A stretch of 63,846 bases of DNA, counting the filler, from Choristocarpus tenellus KU-1152 (taxonomy: Eukaryota; Protista; Phaeophyceae): the NCBI GenBank assembly GCA_964200185.2. It is 12 parts of 12 records of this genome, joined end to end, with 100 filler letters (N's around TTAATTAATTAA, not from the genome) between each part and the next. Parts side by side here need not be neighbours in the genome. Positions count along the whole stretch, not along the records: positions 61,262 to 63,846 come from CAXNAD020026532.1; 11 more parts are not named here. One strand, given 5' to 3'. The first letter of the stretch is position 1, and every line of letters begins with the position of its first letter. The notes below the pieces were generated by a model. That model was given only the letters and a program-made list of their open reading frames with translations. It made no database searches and was not told the DNA's origin. The translations under genes were made by a program, and so were the position numbers. This document shows, one piece after another, positions 63,656-63,846 of the stretch.

Positions 63656-63781
63656 GACAAGTTAGACCTTGTGCAACTACCAGAGAGCTTCACTGAGCTG
63701 TATGGAAGGGTGAAAAGCCCTCACGTGGCGTCCAAGGGGTTGGAGGACATTGACCCCGCAGTATGTCTAGTGTGTGGGAAG
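63656..63781 (+). CDS. Exon of a UBR-family (UBR1/PRT6-like) E3 ubiquitin ligase, C-terminal region
   Basis: Exon bounded by cag/gtgtgt encodes DKLDLVQLPESFTELYGRVKSPHVASKGLEDIDPAVCLVCGK, matching the UBR C-terminal L-x-x-LP...PA-x-CL-x-CG pattern. A possible upstream exon lies at ~62738-62831. Confidence 0.7.
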
Positions 63782-63846
63782 GTGTGTACAGTTGTTTGGG
63801 AAAGGGGGGGGGGGGGCGGAGTGAAGGTATCGGGTTAGTGTGGGAC

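Overview
Eukaryotic nuclear DNA, intron-rich and dense in transposons. It consists of 12 contigs joined by eleven artificial 100-nt spacers (44 N + TTAATTAATTAA + 44 N), so adjacency across spacers cannot be assumed. Gene style and scattered TTAGGG motifs suggest a stramenopile such as a brown-alga-like organism, but this is inference only. Host genes rebuilt by hand from GT-AG splicing: a complete 4-exon, 756-aa translation factor joining an eIF4B-like region to an eIF4G-type W2 domain (55397-59232), plus partial EF-hand, CDT2/DTL-like WD40, DHHC palmitoyltransferase, Tudor-knot and UBR-type E3 ligase genes. Main mobile-DNA result: an open, six-exon Sola-type DDD transposase (about 19217-22211) in a window with about 17 full or partial copies of two MITE families. 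The two families share a terminal core (AAAGTATCT) and a subterminal box (GTCCATTTGG) and make 4-bp target-site duplications. Also present: two complementary decayed halves of an IS630/Tc1/mariner element with a very long D-E spacer, Harbinger/MULE/hAT/LINE/LTR/SINE relics, and a 54-bp tandem repeat whose unit folds into two hairpins.
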